A DNA stretch of 64,000 nucleotides, from positions 25,765 to 89,764 of the forward strand of contig CAYPSA010000004.1 in assembly GCA_964413645.1 (NCBI GenBank). The letters are read 5' to 3'. How positions within the stretch are numbered: the first letter of the stretch is position 1; each line of letters starts with the position of its first letter. Source of the DNA: an uncultured Gammaproteobacteria bacterium (GTDB lineage: Bacteria > Patescibacteriota > Microgenomatia > UBA1406 > HO2-37-13b). Positions 9,098-17,738 of this stretch are shown here, piece after piece. The notes under the pieces are model-generated. The model searched no databases. It had not been told where the DNA came from and saw only the letters and a program-made list of their open reading frames with translations. The position numbers and the translations under genes are program-made.

Positions 9098-9107
9098 CAC
9101 AACAGTC

Positions 9108-9338
9108 TTACTTTTTCTTTGTACCAGTCTTCTTTTTTGCTTTTTTAGCCGTCTTTGGTTTCTTAGAAGTGACCTTTTTTACCAATTTTTTCTCAGCTGC
9201 AATTGCTTTTTTTCCTAGGCTCTTTGCAACTCTTACTGTTTTAGTTCTATTTTCTTTTTTTGAAAAAAATATTCCCGCAACAGTTGCGGCAACACCGGCA
9301 AGTACCATTCCAACGAGTCCTGCATTTTTCTTTGCCAT
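9108..9338 (-). CDS. small membrane protein with Lys-rich tail
   Basis: 76 aa with one TM (LVGMVLAGVAATVAGIFF) and a KKAKKK-rich C-terminus. GGAGGTG lies about 9 nt upstream. The overlapping plus-strand ORF 9052-9372 is rejected. Confidence 0.6.
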   Translation of the reverse strand: MAKKNAGLVGMVLAGVAATVAGIFFSKKENRTKTVRVAKSLGKKAIAAEKKLVKKVTSKKPKTAKKAKKKTGTKKK

Positions 9339-9395
9339 ATCAATACACCTCCCCCCAAATATTTCAAAATAATAAAAGTTTCGCCTACTTTTATA

Positions 9396-10121
9396 TTACA
9401 AATAAACTCGGGCAATAGTCAATGCATAAATATTTTTTGCTCCTTTCTTTTTTAATTCCTTGCAAAGTTCCGTTATTGTTGTTCCGGTAGTCCATACATC
9501 GTCGCAAATAATGAAATCTTTTCCTGAAATATTTTTTGTTACATAAAATGCGCCAGTAATATTTTTTTCTCGTTCTTCTTTTGATTTCATTTCTACTTGC
9601 GGCGTTGTATATTTCTCCCTTATGACGATTTCATTTTGTATTGGTATATTTAATTTTTCCGCAATGTTTTGAAAAAGTTTTTCTGATTGGTTAAATCCTC
9701 GATCTTTTTTTCTTTTCCTATGTAATGGAACTGGGATAAAGGAAATATCTGGAGATAAAGATTTGTAAAAGAGAATCTTGTCAAATGTGCTATTTGGAAT
9801 TACACCAATGATATCTTCAACCGCATCGTATACTAATCCGTACTTTATTTTTTTGATTAGCTTTTGCAACAAACTTTCGTATCGAAAAATACTTATACCT
9901 CCATCGAGTCCAAAATACTTCTTGCATCCGACATGAGTAATTCCCGCCATTGTACTTTTATTACAGTACATACATAAATCACTATTACTTAACACGAGAG
10001 TTTTAGCGCAATTTTTACATAGATATGCACCTATCCTATTACATCCAAAACAAAATTTAGGAAAGAAAATATTCTTAAGAATCTGAAAGATGTTTAGCGG
10101 CGAGCGTGTTTGGTTCGCCAT
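9396..10121 (-). CDS. comF: ComF family protein (zinc ribbon plus phosphoribosyltransferase fold)
   Basis: N-terminal CxxC...CxxC pairs (FCFGCNRIGAYLCKNC, CMYC) and the PRTase motif FIICDDVWTTGTT. Confidence 0.8.
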   Translation of the reverse strand: MANQTRSPLNIFQILKNIFFPKFCFGCNRIGAYLCKNCAKTLVLSNSDLCMYCNKSTMAGITHVGCKKYFGLDGGISIFRYESLLQKLIKKIKYGLVYDAVEDIIGVIPNSTFDKILFYKSLSPDISFIPVPLHRKRKKDRGFNQSEKLFQNIAEKLNIPIQNEIVIREKYTTPQVEMKSKEEREKNITGAFYVTKNISGKDFIICDDVWTTGTTITELCKELKKKGAKNIYALTIARVYL

Positions 10122-11122
10122 AACGTGAACAAGTAGTAGGTAAATGCCATGAGCCCTATCCCAACAAATATATATAGGATCTGAGATATTTTTTGCATAA
10201 CAGGAGTTGGTGAATTTGTATTATATTCGCGCAAAATATTTCCCAAGAAAGTTGCATTTTCGGCGGGCATTGTTAAAAACTGTTCTCGAACAAAACGCGA
10301 TGATGGTATAACCAATAGTCGTCCCCCTGATTTTGTAGTTGCTTGCACAATAACCTTCTGAATATTTTGTTGATCAGCAGAGATTATTGGAATTTCATTA
10401 GGTGCCAAATTAAATTCGTTTTGCTGGATCCATGAATTTTTTTCAGACGAAACGAGAACTTCTGTTTTTGCGTTTTTACTCGGAACAACATTGATCGACG
10501 AACTCCATGGAAATGTTAATGCAGTTATTGATTCAAATACCGATGATGTTTTCTTAAAGTTGGATGTTTTAATCCACAGCGGATACGCCGATGAAAATGC
10601 TGATTTATCGGTATAAATATTTGCGACAGCATTTGTTTGAGAAACGAGCAAATTTGTTTGTAACTCGATTCCATACTTTTCAAAAAAATTAAATAAATTA
10701 TGTGATGAAGGGCCTGGTTTATTTCCTTGAGGAATGTAAATTCCATCGACCATGAAAATAGCAGAACCTCCGCGATTGATAAATTTTTCAATTTCGTCAA
10801 TCTGTAGTTTTGTAACTGGAGTATTAGTATCGAAATAAATTAAAATTTTTGTTTCAGGACCAATTGTTTTTTTTGTTTTATCGGACCAATTTAAATATTG
10901 AACTGGTGCAATTTGGGTTGCAAGTGAGCGAATCGTATAAATGTCGTCTTTTTGGGGTGTAATATTACTGGGAACTCGAACGAATGAGATGGTGTTTGGA
11001 GATTTGTAAAAGAAACTTGCTATTGAAAGTAGAATAAGAAATACTAAAACCGCGGCAAGAAAAATCTGGTTTCTTTTCTTAGTAATATATTTGCGAAAGG
11101 GAAATCTTTTAAGATAATCCAT
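10094..11122 (-). CDS. membrane-anchored protein, possibly GldG-like/ABC-type uncharacterized transport system domain
   Basis: The track start 11161 is TTG; the ATG at 11122 (MDYLKRF...) is preferred. N- and C-terminal TM helices flank a large soluble domain. Family call is weak. Confidence 0.35.
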   Translation of the reverse strand: MDYLKRFPFRKYITKKRNQIFLAAVLVFLILLSIASFFYKSPNTISFVRVPSNITPQKDDIYTIRSLATQIAPVQYLNWSDKTKKTIGPETKILIYFDTNTPVTKLQIDEIEKFINRGGSAIFMVDGIYIPQGNKPGPSSHNLFNFFEKYGIELQTNLLVSQTNAVANIYTDKSAFSSAYPLWIKTSNFKKTSSVFESITALTFPWSSSINVVPSKNAKTEVLVSSEKNSWIQQNEFNLAPNEIPIISADQQNIQKVIVQATTKSGGRLLVIPSSRFVREQFLTMPAENATFLGNILREYNTNSPTPVMQKISQILYIFVGIGLMAFTYYLFTLWRTKHARR

Positions 11123-11172
11123 ACGGAGCACTATGATACACCAAATCGAATAAAAATTCAAAGGAGTTTTGG

Positions 11173-11214
11173 CAACCTCTTAGGTTGGCAATGCGGCGTC
11201 AACCTCTTAGGTTG
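11173..11214. repeat. two copies of the CAACCTCTTAGGTTG hairpin repeat
   Basis: caacctcttaggttg occurs at 11173-11187 and 11200-11214. The same motif is at 25155-25169, with variants at 34594-34665 and 39873-39891. Confidence 0.9.
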
Positions 11215-11977
11215 CCACGTCGAGTAGGTCAGGGCGTTTTTCTTTGGTCAATAAGTATGTTTGTCGCATTCTCCATTTTTCAATTTCGGTATGGTTTCCC
11301 GAAAGCAAAATTTCGGGAACTTTTTTCCCATCATATTCCTCAGGTCGTGTGTAGTGGGGATATTCTAAAAGCTTAAGGGCTTCGATTCCTTTCTTATTTA
11401 TCTCCACTAATCTCTCGTCATGTGGTACGACATTCATCAAATCTCTCACCGCAACTTCATAAAAACTTTCCTGCTCAGTTGCAGCTTCTTTTTTTAACAC
11501 CTGGGGAATTAATCGAACAATCGAATCAATAATCGCTGCGCTAGCAATTTCCCCACCGGTCATAACAAAATCGCCAATAGATACTTCTTCATCGATATAA
11601 TCAAGAACGCGTTCATCAACGCCTTCATAATGCCCGGCAATAATTACCAAATGAGATAGTTTTGAAAATTCGATTGCTTTATTCTGAGAATACGTCGTTC
11701 CTTTTGCGGAAGTGAGAATTTTTTTTGAGACCCCACCTTCGGCTCTACTTGATTCAATACTCTTAAGCGCATCAACAACACAGTCAACACGCAAAAGCAT
11801 ACCCGCTCCTCCACCATAAGGCCGATCGTCAACGGATCCATAGGAGTCTTTTGCAAATTCCCGCAAATTAACAACCTGAATATCGACCAATTGCTTATCA
11901 ATGGCGCGTTTTACAATACTTTCGCTCAAAAAAGCTTGGAAAAGCTTCGGAAAGAGCGTTACAACAGTGATTTTCAT
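11207..11977 (-). CDS. trmD: tRNA (guanine37-N1)-methyltransferase
   Basis: 256 aa with the SPOUT/TrmD pattern (ITLFP..F......S...[23 protein letters not shown]). The last codons run into the hairpin repeat. Confidence 0.9.
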   Translation of the reverse strand: MKITVVTLFPKLFQAFLSESIVKRAIDKQLVDIQVVNLREFAKDSYGSVDDRPYGGGAGMLLRVDCVVDALKSIESSRAEGGVSKKILTSAKGTTYSQNKAIEFSKLSHLVIIAGHYEGVDERVLDYIDEEVSIGDFVMTGGEIASAAIIDSIVRLIPQVLKKEAATEQESFYEVAVRDLMNVVPHDERLVEINKKGIEALKLLEYPHYTRPEEYDGKKVPEILLSGNHTEIEKWRMRQTYLLTKEKRPDLLDVAT

Positions 11978-11991
11978 GGTATTATTATACT
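11978..11991. promoter_or_regulatory. 14-bp divergent intergenic region with two overlapping -10 boxes
   Basis: The sequence is ggtattattatact. TATTAT (11980-11985) lies 6 nt before the yidD ATG, and TATAAT (revcomp of 11984-11989) lies 6 nt before the trmD ATG. Confidence 0.5.
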
Positions 11992-12228
11992 ATGAAACAT
12001 ATATTAATATATCTTATTCGCACATACCAAAAATTTCCAATTTTAGACAATCCTATTTCACATGCACTCTTGGGGCCATCGTCAGTATGCCGATACTCTC
12101 CCCGATGCTCGGATTATACAATTGATGCTCTTCAAAAATATGGTGTTTCCCGCGGTTCTTGGCTTGCTGTAAAACGAATAGCACGATGTAACCCATACGC
12201 CAAAGGTGGATTTGACCCAGTTCAGTGA
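11992..12228 (+). CDS. yidD: membrane protein insertion efficiency factor YidD
   Basis: 78 aa with the conserved CRY.PSCS.Y-like core ([19 protein letters not shown]) and C-terminal [13 protein letters not shown]. Confidence 0.85.
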   Translation: MKHILIYLIRTYQKFPILDNPISHALLGPSSVCRYSPRCSDYTIDALQKYGVSRGSWLAVKRIARCNPYAKGGFDPVQ

Positions 12229-12710
12229 AACTTTGTGCTCGTTCTCGTATAATATGCGCTATGAGAGTTGCTAATAAAACATTACATCGCGAATATACGC
12301 CTATTGAAAAATATGAGGCAGGGATTGTATTGACGGGTGCAGAAGTAAAAGCAATCCGAACTGGCAGTATGCGTCTTGAAAAAGCATATGTACGATTTAT
12401 AGATAATGAATTATTTTTGGTTAATGCGGAAGTTTCAATCTACAAATTCTCACGGCCACAAGATTATAATCCTAGCCGATCACGTAAGCTACTCCTAAAA
12501 CGCTCTGAATTACTCCGATTACAAACAAAGTTGAAAAGTGCCCCTAACTTGACCATTGTACCTATAGCATGCTATAATAAAAAGAGCTTAATTAAGCTCG
12601 AAATCGCACTTGCCAAAGGTAAAAAATCGTGGGAAGTTAAGCGAGTAGAACAGCGAAAAGACGAAGATAGGAAGGCTGAAAAAGAGTTAAAAGAATATAT
12701 TAAGAACTAA
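12225..12710 (+). CDS. smpB: SsrA-binding protein SmpB
   Basis: Contains [31 protein letters not shown]... Start is either GTG 12225 (GTGA overlap with the yidD stop) or ATG 12261. tmRNA follows directly. Confidence 0.85.
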   Translation: MKLCARSRIICAMRVANKTLHREYTPIEKYEAGIVLTGAEVKAIRTGSMRLEKAYVRFIDNELFLVNAEVSIYKFSRPQDYNPSRSRKLLLKRSELLRLQTKLKSAPNLTIVPIACYNKKSLIKLEIALAKGKKSWEVKRVEQRKDEDRKAEKELKEYIKN

Positions 12711-12712
12711 TT

Positions 12713-13107
12713 GGGGATGAACGGTATCGACGGGAGGATCGCACGTTTACAAATCGCCAGGTCGGAGCTATTCGTTAAATAGCATACTAAATGCAGATAA
12801 CAAGTCTGTAGGTTCTTACGGTTACGGTTATGCATTTGCATAAACTTAATTGCTAAGACCCGTTTTCTTTCACGTTTTACTCTGTGTTTTACAGAAAGAA
12901 GGCGCCAACCAATACAGGGTGCGTAGTGTGTGGGTTTTAAAGCTAGTTTACTACACGCTTCAAAGATCTTATCGCAAGACAAGAACAAACAATTGTCGCT
13001 TTTTAAAATTGTTGATTATATAAAAAGCGTATAAATCATCTACACCTGGCTACACGATTGTAAAATTGCCCTTTCGGACCCGGGTTCAACTCCCGGCATC
13101 TCCACCA
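12713..13107 (+). ncRNA. ssrA: tmRNA (transfer-messenger RNA)
   Basis: The 5' end GGGGAUGAACGGUAUCGACGGG and the 3' end GGACCCGGGUUCAACUCCCGGCAUCUCCACCA form the tRNA-like domain. The internal tag frame gca gat aac aag tct gta ggt tct tac ggt tac ggt tat gca ttt gca taa gives ADNKSVGSYGYGYAFA*. Confidence 0.9.
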
Positions 13108-13111
13108 AAGA

Positions 13112-13495
13112 TCATTTCTTAAACAGACTCCTGAATATACTAAGAATCGAAGAAGAAGCGGACTTTCTTTCTGCAGCCGCCGGTACTACTTCAACAACGA
13201 CAGATGCTGAAGGAGGTAATTGATAACCAACTTCGCCGGCTAATTGATCTAACAGTTCCGCTCCTTTTTGAGTACGCGCAACTTGTTCTTGAGATAGTCC
13301 ACCAACTCGTCTTTCGGCTTCATCAAGACGAGCATTGGTCACTTCTAAATCTGCTTCCATTCCTGACCGAAGATCTCTTGGCCCACCAAGAGCGTTTTGA
13401 CCTACGACCGCTCTCATTCCAGCAAGACCACTTCCGGCTTCTAGCCTTAGTCCATTAGCCCTAGTAATTCTTGAAGATTCTCCATCTTCTGCCAT
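13112..13495 (-). CDS. hypothetical protein (127 aa, coiled-coil-like, higher G+C)
   Basis: ATG ORF ending 4 nt from the tmRNA 3' end. TAGAAT lies 6 nt upstream of the ATG. No family recognised. Confidence 0.45.
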   Translation of the reverse strand: MAEDGESSRITRANGLRLEAGSGLAGMRAVVGQNALGGPRDLRSGMEADLEVTNARLDEAERRVGGLSQEQVARTQKGAELLDQLAGEVGYQLPPSASVVVEVVPAAAERKSASSSILSIFRSLFKK

Positions 13496-13530
13496 AAAAC
13501 AATTCTACACAGAATGAATTAATGAAACAA

Positions 13531-14055
13531 TCAGATTTCCCGACGCTTGTTAGGAAAATCGCGAACAAATAATCGCTCTTCTTTAGAATATTTCATGTCC
13601 GATGAATGGACAAATTCGCGATATCTAGTCATTGCCTCGTCTGTCATATTCCCAATTCCCCGCATATTTATTACTGTTGGAATTACTAACCTAGTATAAG
13701 TTGTACCGGGATCTTGAATAAATTTTATGGATTGGTCTGCAAAATGGTCTACCCATCGCATTCCTGCTGAAACACGAATCCCTTTTTGCTTTGCTCCTTG
13801 AAGTTGTAAAACTTCTAAATCGTCGTTATCACACTCTTCGTAACTAATAACTGCACCTAAATGTTGTTTATATACAAGCGCCAGAGTAAAATCTCCAGCA
13901 ACCGGTGCTTTAAGACCTATTCTCGCCCCCCCCACTAACAATTGCGTCTCCAATTGTTCAACTTGTAGCGGCGGCATATCGCGATTTGAAATAATATACT
14001 GGCGATACTCTTCTGCTCTTGGCGGTGTCCATAACGCTTCTAAATTGTTTTTCAT
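13531..14055 (-). CDS. hypothetical protein (174 aa, higher G+C)
   Basis: ATG ORF with TGTATAAT 8 nt upstream. No TM and no recognised family. Confidence 0.5.
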   Translation of the reverse strand: MKNNLEALWTPPRAEEYRQYIISNRDMPPLQVEQLETQLLVGGARIGLKAPVAGDFTLALVYKQHLGAVISYEECDNDDLEVLQLQGAKQKGIRVSAGMRWVDHFADQSIKFIQDPGTTYTRLVIPTVINMRGIGNMTDEAMTRYREFVHSSDMKYSKEERLFVRDFPNKRREI

Positions 14056-14092
14056 GAAGACATATTATACAGGAAAGTGCTGTTAGAGCGCG

Positions 14093-14965
14093 TTATTCTG
14101 CAATTCTATTCATCTTATACGCGCTTATAATAATGATTGCGCCTGCAATCCATTCTTTTACCGAAGGGGCTTCCGAATAAAACAGAATTCCAAGAATTAT
14201 TGAAAAAAGTGGAGAAAGCGTTAATAGGTTATTCGCCAAAACTGCCTCGATTTTTTCAAAGCCATAATTTGCTGCTAATTGATATGCAACATTAATTCCT
14301 CCTGCTCCCAAAAGAGCGTAGTAAACAGATGTGCTTACTGGAATATGTACGCGTTCTCCAAGCAGTAGTGAGAGTGCCCACAATACAATAGTTGCAATAA
14401 ACAGGAGTAACGAAGAAATTTCATAGTTATTCAATAGTTGTGTATGTTTACTACGTAATACCTGACCTAACGATACAAATACTATTGAAAATAGTGCCAA
14501 CATCTCTCCTGTCCCCCAGCTAAACAAAGATGCATAGTCCTTAACAGAAACAAGCATAACTCCCAAGAAGCCCGTGAATAAATAGAGTGCTTTTGACCGA
14601 GTCAATTTTTCCCCTAGAACCAGAACTCCTAATAACGCAACAATTGGGAGCGAATCAATAAAAGCTACCGTACTTAATTTCGCCATACCTACTGCTATTG
14701 AAAACGGAACAACCCCTAACAAATATGTTGAAAGTGACCGAAGAACAAGTAGTCTCCATTCCCCAGCTGTAATTCGCACTAATTTTTTATAATCAATGTG
14801 TTTGGCAAAAACGACAATACTAAGCACGAAAGCAATGCCAACACGCAAATATACTTGTTGCAATGGAGTGAAAAATTCACCCAGTATTCTGGCAAACAAG
14901 CCTGTGAGGGAAAGAATGAGCGCAAGGCCAATAATTGCAATTATACCTTTCTGCTTCGTGTTCAT
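14093..14965 (-). CDS. EamA/DMT-family transporter
   Basis: 290 aa with about 10 TM helices in two EamA-like halves. Confidence 0.75.
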   Translation of the reverse strand: MNTKQKGIIAIIGLALILSLTGLFARILGEFFTPLQQVYLRVGIAFVLSIVVFAKHIDYKKLVRITAGEWRLLVLRSLSTYLLGVVPFSIAVGMAKLSTVAFIDSLPIVALLGVLVLGEKLTRSKALYLFTGFLGVMLVSVKDYASLFSWGTGEMLALFSIVFVSLGQVLRSKHTQLLNNYEISSLLLFIATIVLWALSLLLGERVHIPVSTSVYYALLGAGGINVAYQLAANYGFEKIEAVLANNLLTLSPLFSIILGILFYSEAPSVKEWIAGAIIIISAYKMNRIAE

Positions 14966-15162
14966 TGAGAAAGTATACCAGGATGTACTTCGCGAACATA
15001 CATGCCTTCTTCAGCCGAAAAACGCATTCCCGCTGATTCATATTTTGTTATAGGCGATAATCGATTAGTAAGTGCTGATTCACGAGTATTGGGAACAGTC
15101 CCGCGCAATTTAATACAAAGCACCTCCTAGTTTTGTTATGCGAACTGTGATCAGTAGATTGG

Positions 15163-15183
15163 GTATACAATTAGATTGTATAC
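15163..15183. promoter_or_regulatory. perfect 9-3-9 palindrome gtatacaat-tag-attgtatac
   Basis: Lies 5 nt downstream of the sigma-like gene stop. No U-tract follows, so it is either an atypical terminator or a protein-binding site. Confidence 0.5.
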
Positions 15184-15188
15184 ACTAT

Positions 15189-16244
15189 TTATGAGCTCAA
15201 TCCTCGACGCTGCATTTCTCTCTTAATTCTAGCAAAGGCTCTTTCCTTGCTTTGATGGATCGCGTTTCTCGCTACCCCAAGCTTTCTTGCAATCTCGGCT
15301 TGTGACAACTCAACACCATCTTCTGTTAGTCCATAAAGAAGTCGTATTATTTCCAGCTCTCGAGGAGTAACAACATTAAGTAGCGAACTTACCAGATCCG
15401 ACATAGTTTCGTGGTCCATCTCTTCCAACACCAAACCTTCTACATCGGCTTCTTGAGAAATGTCTCTAATATGTCTTTCTAAAACATCTCCTGATCGACT
15501 CCCTGTCATCTCTAATGACGTGATTCTCGGCAAATTTAAACGCCGCATTACTTTCTTTATCGATAATCCAGAGGCTTCGGCAATTTCCACCAAAGTAGGA
15601 TCTATGTTTCCATTAAGCTGGAGCTCCTGTCTCGCCTTTTGTATGGAGTGTAGGTCTGTATGAACGTGGCGCGGGAGACGAATCATACCACCATATCCCT
15701 GAACAAATCTCTGCACATCCCGCTCTACTAAACCTAAACAATATGTTAATAGCGTAACATCACGGGCCATATCAAATCTATATATGTTTTCTTGATATGA
15801 TTGGAATCCCACCTGTAGGAGATCTTGTATGGGAATCCCTGAGGCTGCGTACCTTCTTACAGTCTTACTAATTACCCTCATGTCGGCCAACAAAATTCGT
15901 GCGACCGCGAGTCTTCCGTGCTCAATTTTATGTAGGTCTGATTCACTAGGGCTTGCCCCGGCATTTTTGATTTCTAAATAGCGCGCGTTTCCATCTTGAG
16001 CAATTTTAACAAGTTCTCGCTTGCGTATTTCATCAATCTGCGCTCCTTGCTTAACCGCTCCCGGGAGCACCTCTCCATCTTCGGGGAATCTAATTATAAG
16101 ACCTTGATCCTCGGTTATTGCTGATAGTAAATATAGTTCTCGCTGCAAAGCGACAGCACTGTTTAAATCAGGCTTAATTAAACGATCTGTAGTGCTGGTG
16201 TCTAATTGGGAAGGGAATCCGGTAAAATGATCTTCTTTTGACAT
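15189..16244 (-). CDS. divergent sigma-70 family protein
   Basis: Region 2-like DLLQVGFQSYQENIYRFDMARDVTLLTYCLGLVERDVQRFVQGYGGMIRLPRHV aligns to DLIQEGN.GL..A..KFD...G..FSTYA.WWIRQAI.R......R.IR.P.H. Region 4-like VTPRELEIIRLLYG...LSQAEIARKLGVARNAIHQSKERAFARIK. G+C is higher than in neighbours. Confidence 0.7.
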   Translation of the reverse strand: MSKEDHFTGFPSQLDTSTTDRLIKPDLNSAVALQRELYLLSAITEDQGLIIRFPEDGEVLPGAVKQGAQIDEIRKRELVKIAQDGNARYLEIKNAGASPSESDLHKIEHGRLAVARILLADMRVISKTVRRYAASGIPIQDLLQVGFQSYQENIYRFDMARDVTLLTYCLGLVERDVQRFVQGYGGMIRLPRHVHTDLHSIQKARQELQLNGNIDPTLVEIAEASGLSIKKVMRRLNLPRITSLEMTGSRSGDVLERHIRDISQEADVEGLVLEEMDHETMSDLVSSLLNVVTPRELEIIRLLYGLTEDGVELSQAEIARKLGVARNAIHQSKERAFARIKREMQRRGLSS

Positions 16245-16359
16245 GTTTTTATGTCCTATATTATAGCATATGGTCGTGTTATAGGTTTATATTTTAACTT
16301 CAACGTTATTGATGTTGTTTTATTAGAACTCTTCAAAGCATTCAGAACGTCACTGAGGA

Positions 16360-17709
16360 ATGATAAAATGTGGCATGCGTATTCAGAAAATCAACTCTTT
16401 ATTATTCTTTCTGTTTTTCCTCCTCCTCCCAACACAACTAGGGAAACATTTCTTTTTGGATTTTTCGTATGTGAATGGGGTCAGGATAGATTATTTAGCG
16501 CCTACTCTCTATTTGATAGATTTTGTAGTTGTTGCGCTAATGGTAGTTAATTGGAAGGTGGTATGGGGATCCCTAGTCAACGCTCTGAGATTTCTCACTG
16601 CGTTCGAAATGACAAAGGTATCGCTCAGAATGACAAAGGGAGACGCGATGACAAAGAGAGACATGGTGACAAAGTGGTTAGGGATAACAGTACTCGCTCT
16701 GGTGGGAATGAATATTGTATTAGCACAGGAACCGATTATGGCTCTGTATATGGCAGTGAGATATGTGGAGATGTGGGTGGTGTTTGTTCTTGTCCGAAAC
16801 CTTTACGAGCTCCGGGGGCTCGTAAAACCGTTGTTTATTGGAGTAGTAATTCAATTCGGATTATCAATTTATCAAATATCCGCCCAGCATAGTGCGCATG
16901 GAATTTTTTATTGGCTCGGCGAGCGAGCATTCTCTATTTCCACGCCTGGAATTGCAACCATTTCCCTCTTCGACACAATCGCTTTGCGCCCATACGGAAC
17001 ATTCTCACATCCGAATAGTTTAGGAGGATTTTACGCATTGTCTTATGTGTTTTTTTTGATGAGCCAGCTTAAGCTCCCCCGACGTATAGAGATAATGAGG
17101 TATGGAATATTACTATTAAGTGGATTTTTAGTGCTCATGTCGTTTTCGAAAGTGGCTATTGGAGCCGTGTTACTCACCACGCTCTATTACGTACTCCGTG
17201 TTTTAAAAATAAATTGTCGGTGGTGCAAATGGGGTCGCGTGTTTATGTTGGGTATCATTTCTCTCATTTTTCTTAGTGGGAAATCTGACGTCGCATCGCT
17301 CGACAAGAGAGTTGCGTTAACCCAATCCTCTCTCCATACGATTGCAAATTATCCATTCTTCGGAACCGGCCTGGGAAACTCGTTGTATTCCCAGAGTGTT
17401 ATGAGTCAACAGCTTCCCTATTTTTTCCTGCAGCCGGTACATAATATTTTCTTGCTGTTTATAAGTGAGGCAGGATTATTACTAAGTGCTGTTATAGCTC
17501 TCATTGCGTGGAGAGAGATAAAAGGAAAGAAGAAGGATGACCCTTCGGCTTCGCTCAGGGTTAACAAGAAGCGTGTGCTACTCTCTATCATAGCCGTGAT
17601 CGTTATCACTGGAATGCTTGATCATTACTGGCTAACGTTAATTCAAAATCAACTTGCGTTAGCAGCGTTTTTAGGAGTTGGAATAGGAATAAAGAGGGCG
17701 ACTACCTAG
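16360..17709 (+). CDS. O-antigen ligase-like (Wzy_C) polytopic membrane protein with in-frame repeat insertion
   Basis: About 12 TM helices. Contains YGTFSHPNSLGGFYAL and LGERAF..STPGIA motifs typical of O-antigen ligase-like proteins. Codons covering 16585-16673 derive from a dispersed repeat. Confidence 0.6.
   Translation: MIKCGMRIQKINSLLFFLFFLLLPTQLGKHFFLDFSYVNGVRIDYLAPTLYLIDFVVVALMVVNWKVVWGSLVNALRFLTAFEMTKVSLRMTKGDAMTKRDMVTKWLGITVLALVGMNIVLAQEPIMALYMAVRYVEMWVVFVLVRNLYELRGLVKPLFIGVVIQFGLSIYQISAQHSAHGIFYWLGERAFSISTPGIATISLFDTIALRPYGTFSHPNSLGGFYALSYVFFLMSQLKLPRRIEIMRYGILLLSGFLVLMSFSKVAIGAVLLTTLYYVLRVLKINCRWCKWGRVFMLGIISLIFLSGKSDVASLDKRVALTQSSLHTIANYPFFGTGLGNSLYSQSVMSQQLPYFFLQPVHNIFLLFISEAGLLLSAVIALIAWREIKGKKKDDPSASLRVNKKRVLLSIIAVIVITGMLDHYWLTLIQNQLALAAFLGVGIGIKRATT
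16585..16673. repeat. GTCATYC-family repeat (inverted orientation) plus four tandem (R)ATGACAAAG heads, inside a CDS
   Basis: ctgagatttctcactgcgttcgaaatgacaaagg is followed by tcgctcagaatgacaaagg, gcgatgacaaag and ggtgacaaag. The first unit is the reverse complement of the gtcatttcgaac...gagaaatctc type seen at 19765-19843. Confidence 0.85.
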
Positions 17710-17722
17710 CCACCCTCTTTTG
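17693..17722 (+). terminator. putative intrinsic terminator
   Basis: Stem agaggg/ccctct spans the stop codon of the ligase-like gene and is followed by tttt. Confidence 0.4.
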
Positions 17723-17738
17723 ATAATAAAGGTAAAAA

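Noticed and set aside
9052-9372. 106-aa plus-strand ORF
   Set aside because: The opposite-strand 76-aa ORF (9108-9338) has a GGAGGTG ribosome-binding site and a sensible TM-plus-basic-tail architecture. The plus-strand product is a Phe-rich antisense artefact.
14056-14092. Duplicate of the tmRNA 3' end (att repeat) at the far side of the ssrA-adjacent orphan genes; likewise a tRNA-Pro 3' copy near 24036-24070
   Set aside because: Searched by eye for ...ggttcaactcccggcatctccacca and ...ggttcaattcccggctccccga fragments and found none. The island interpretation for these two loci therefore rests on composition and position only.
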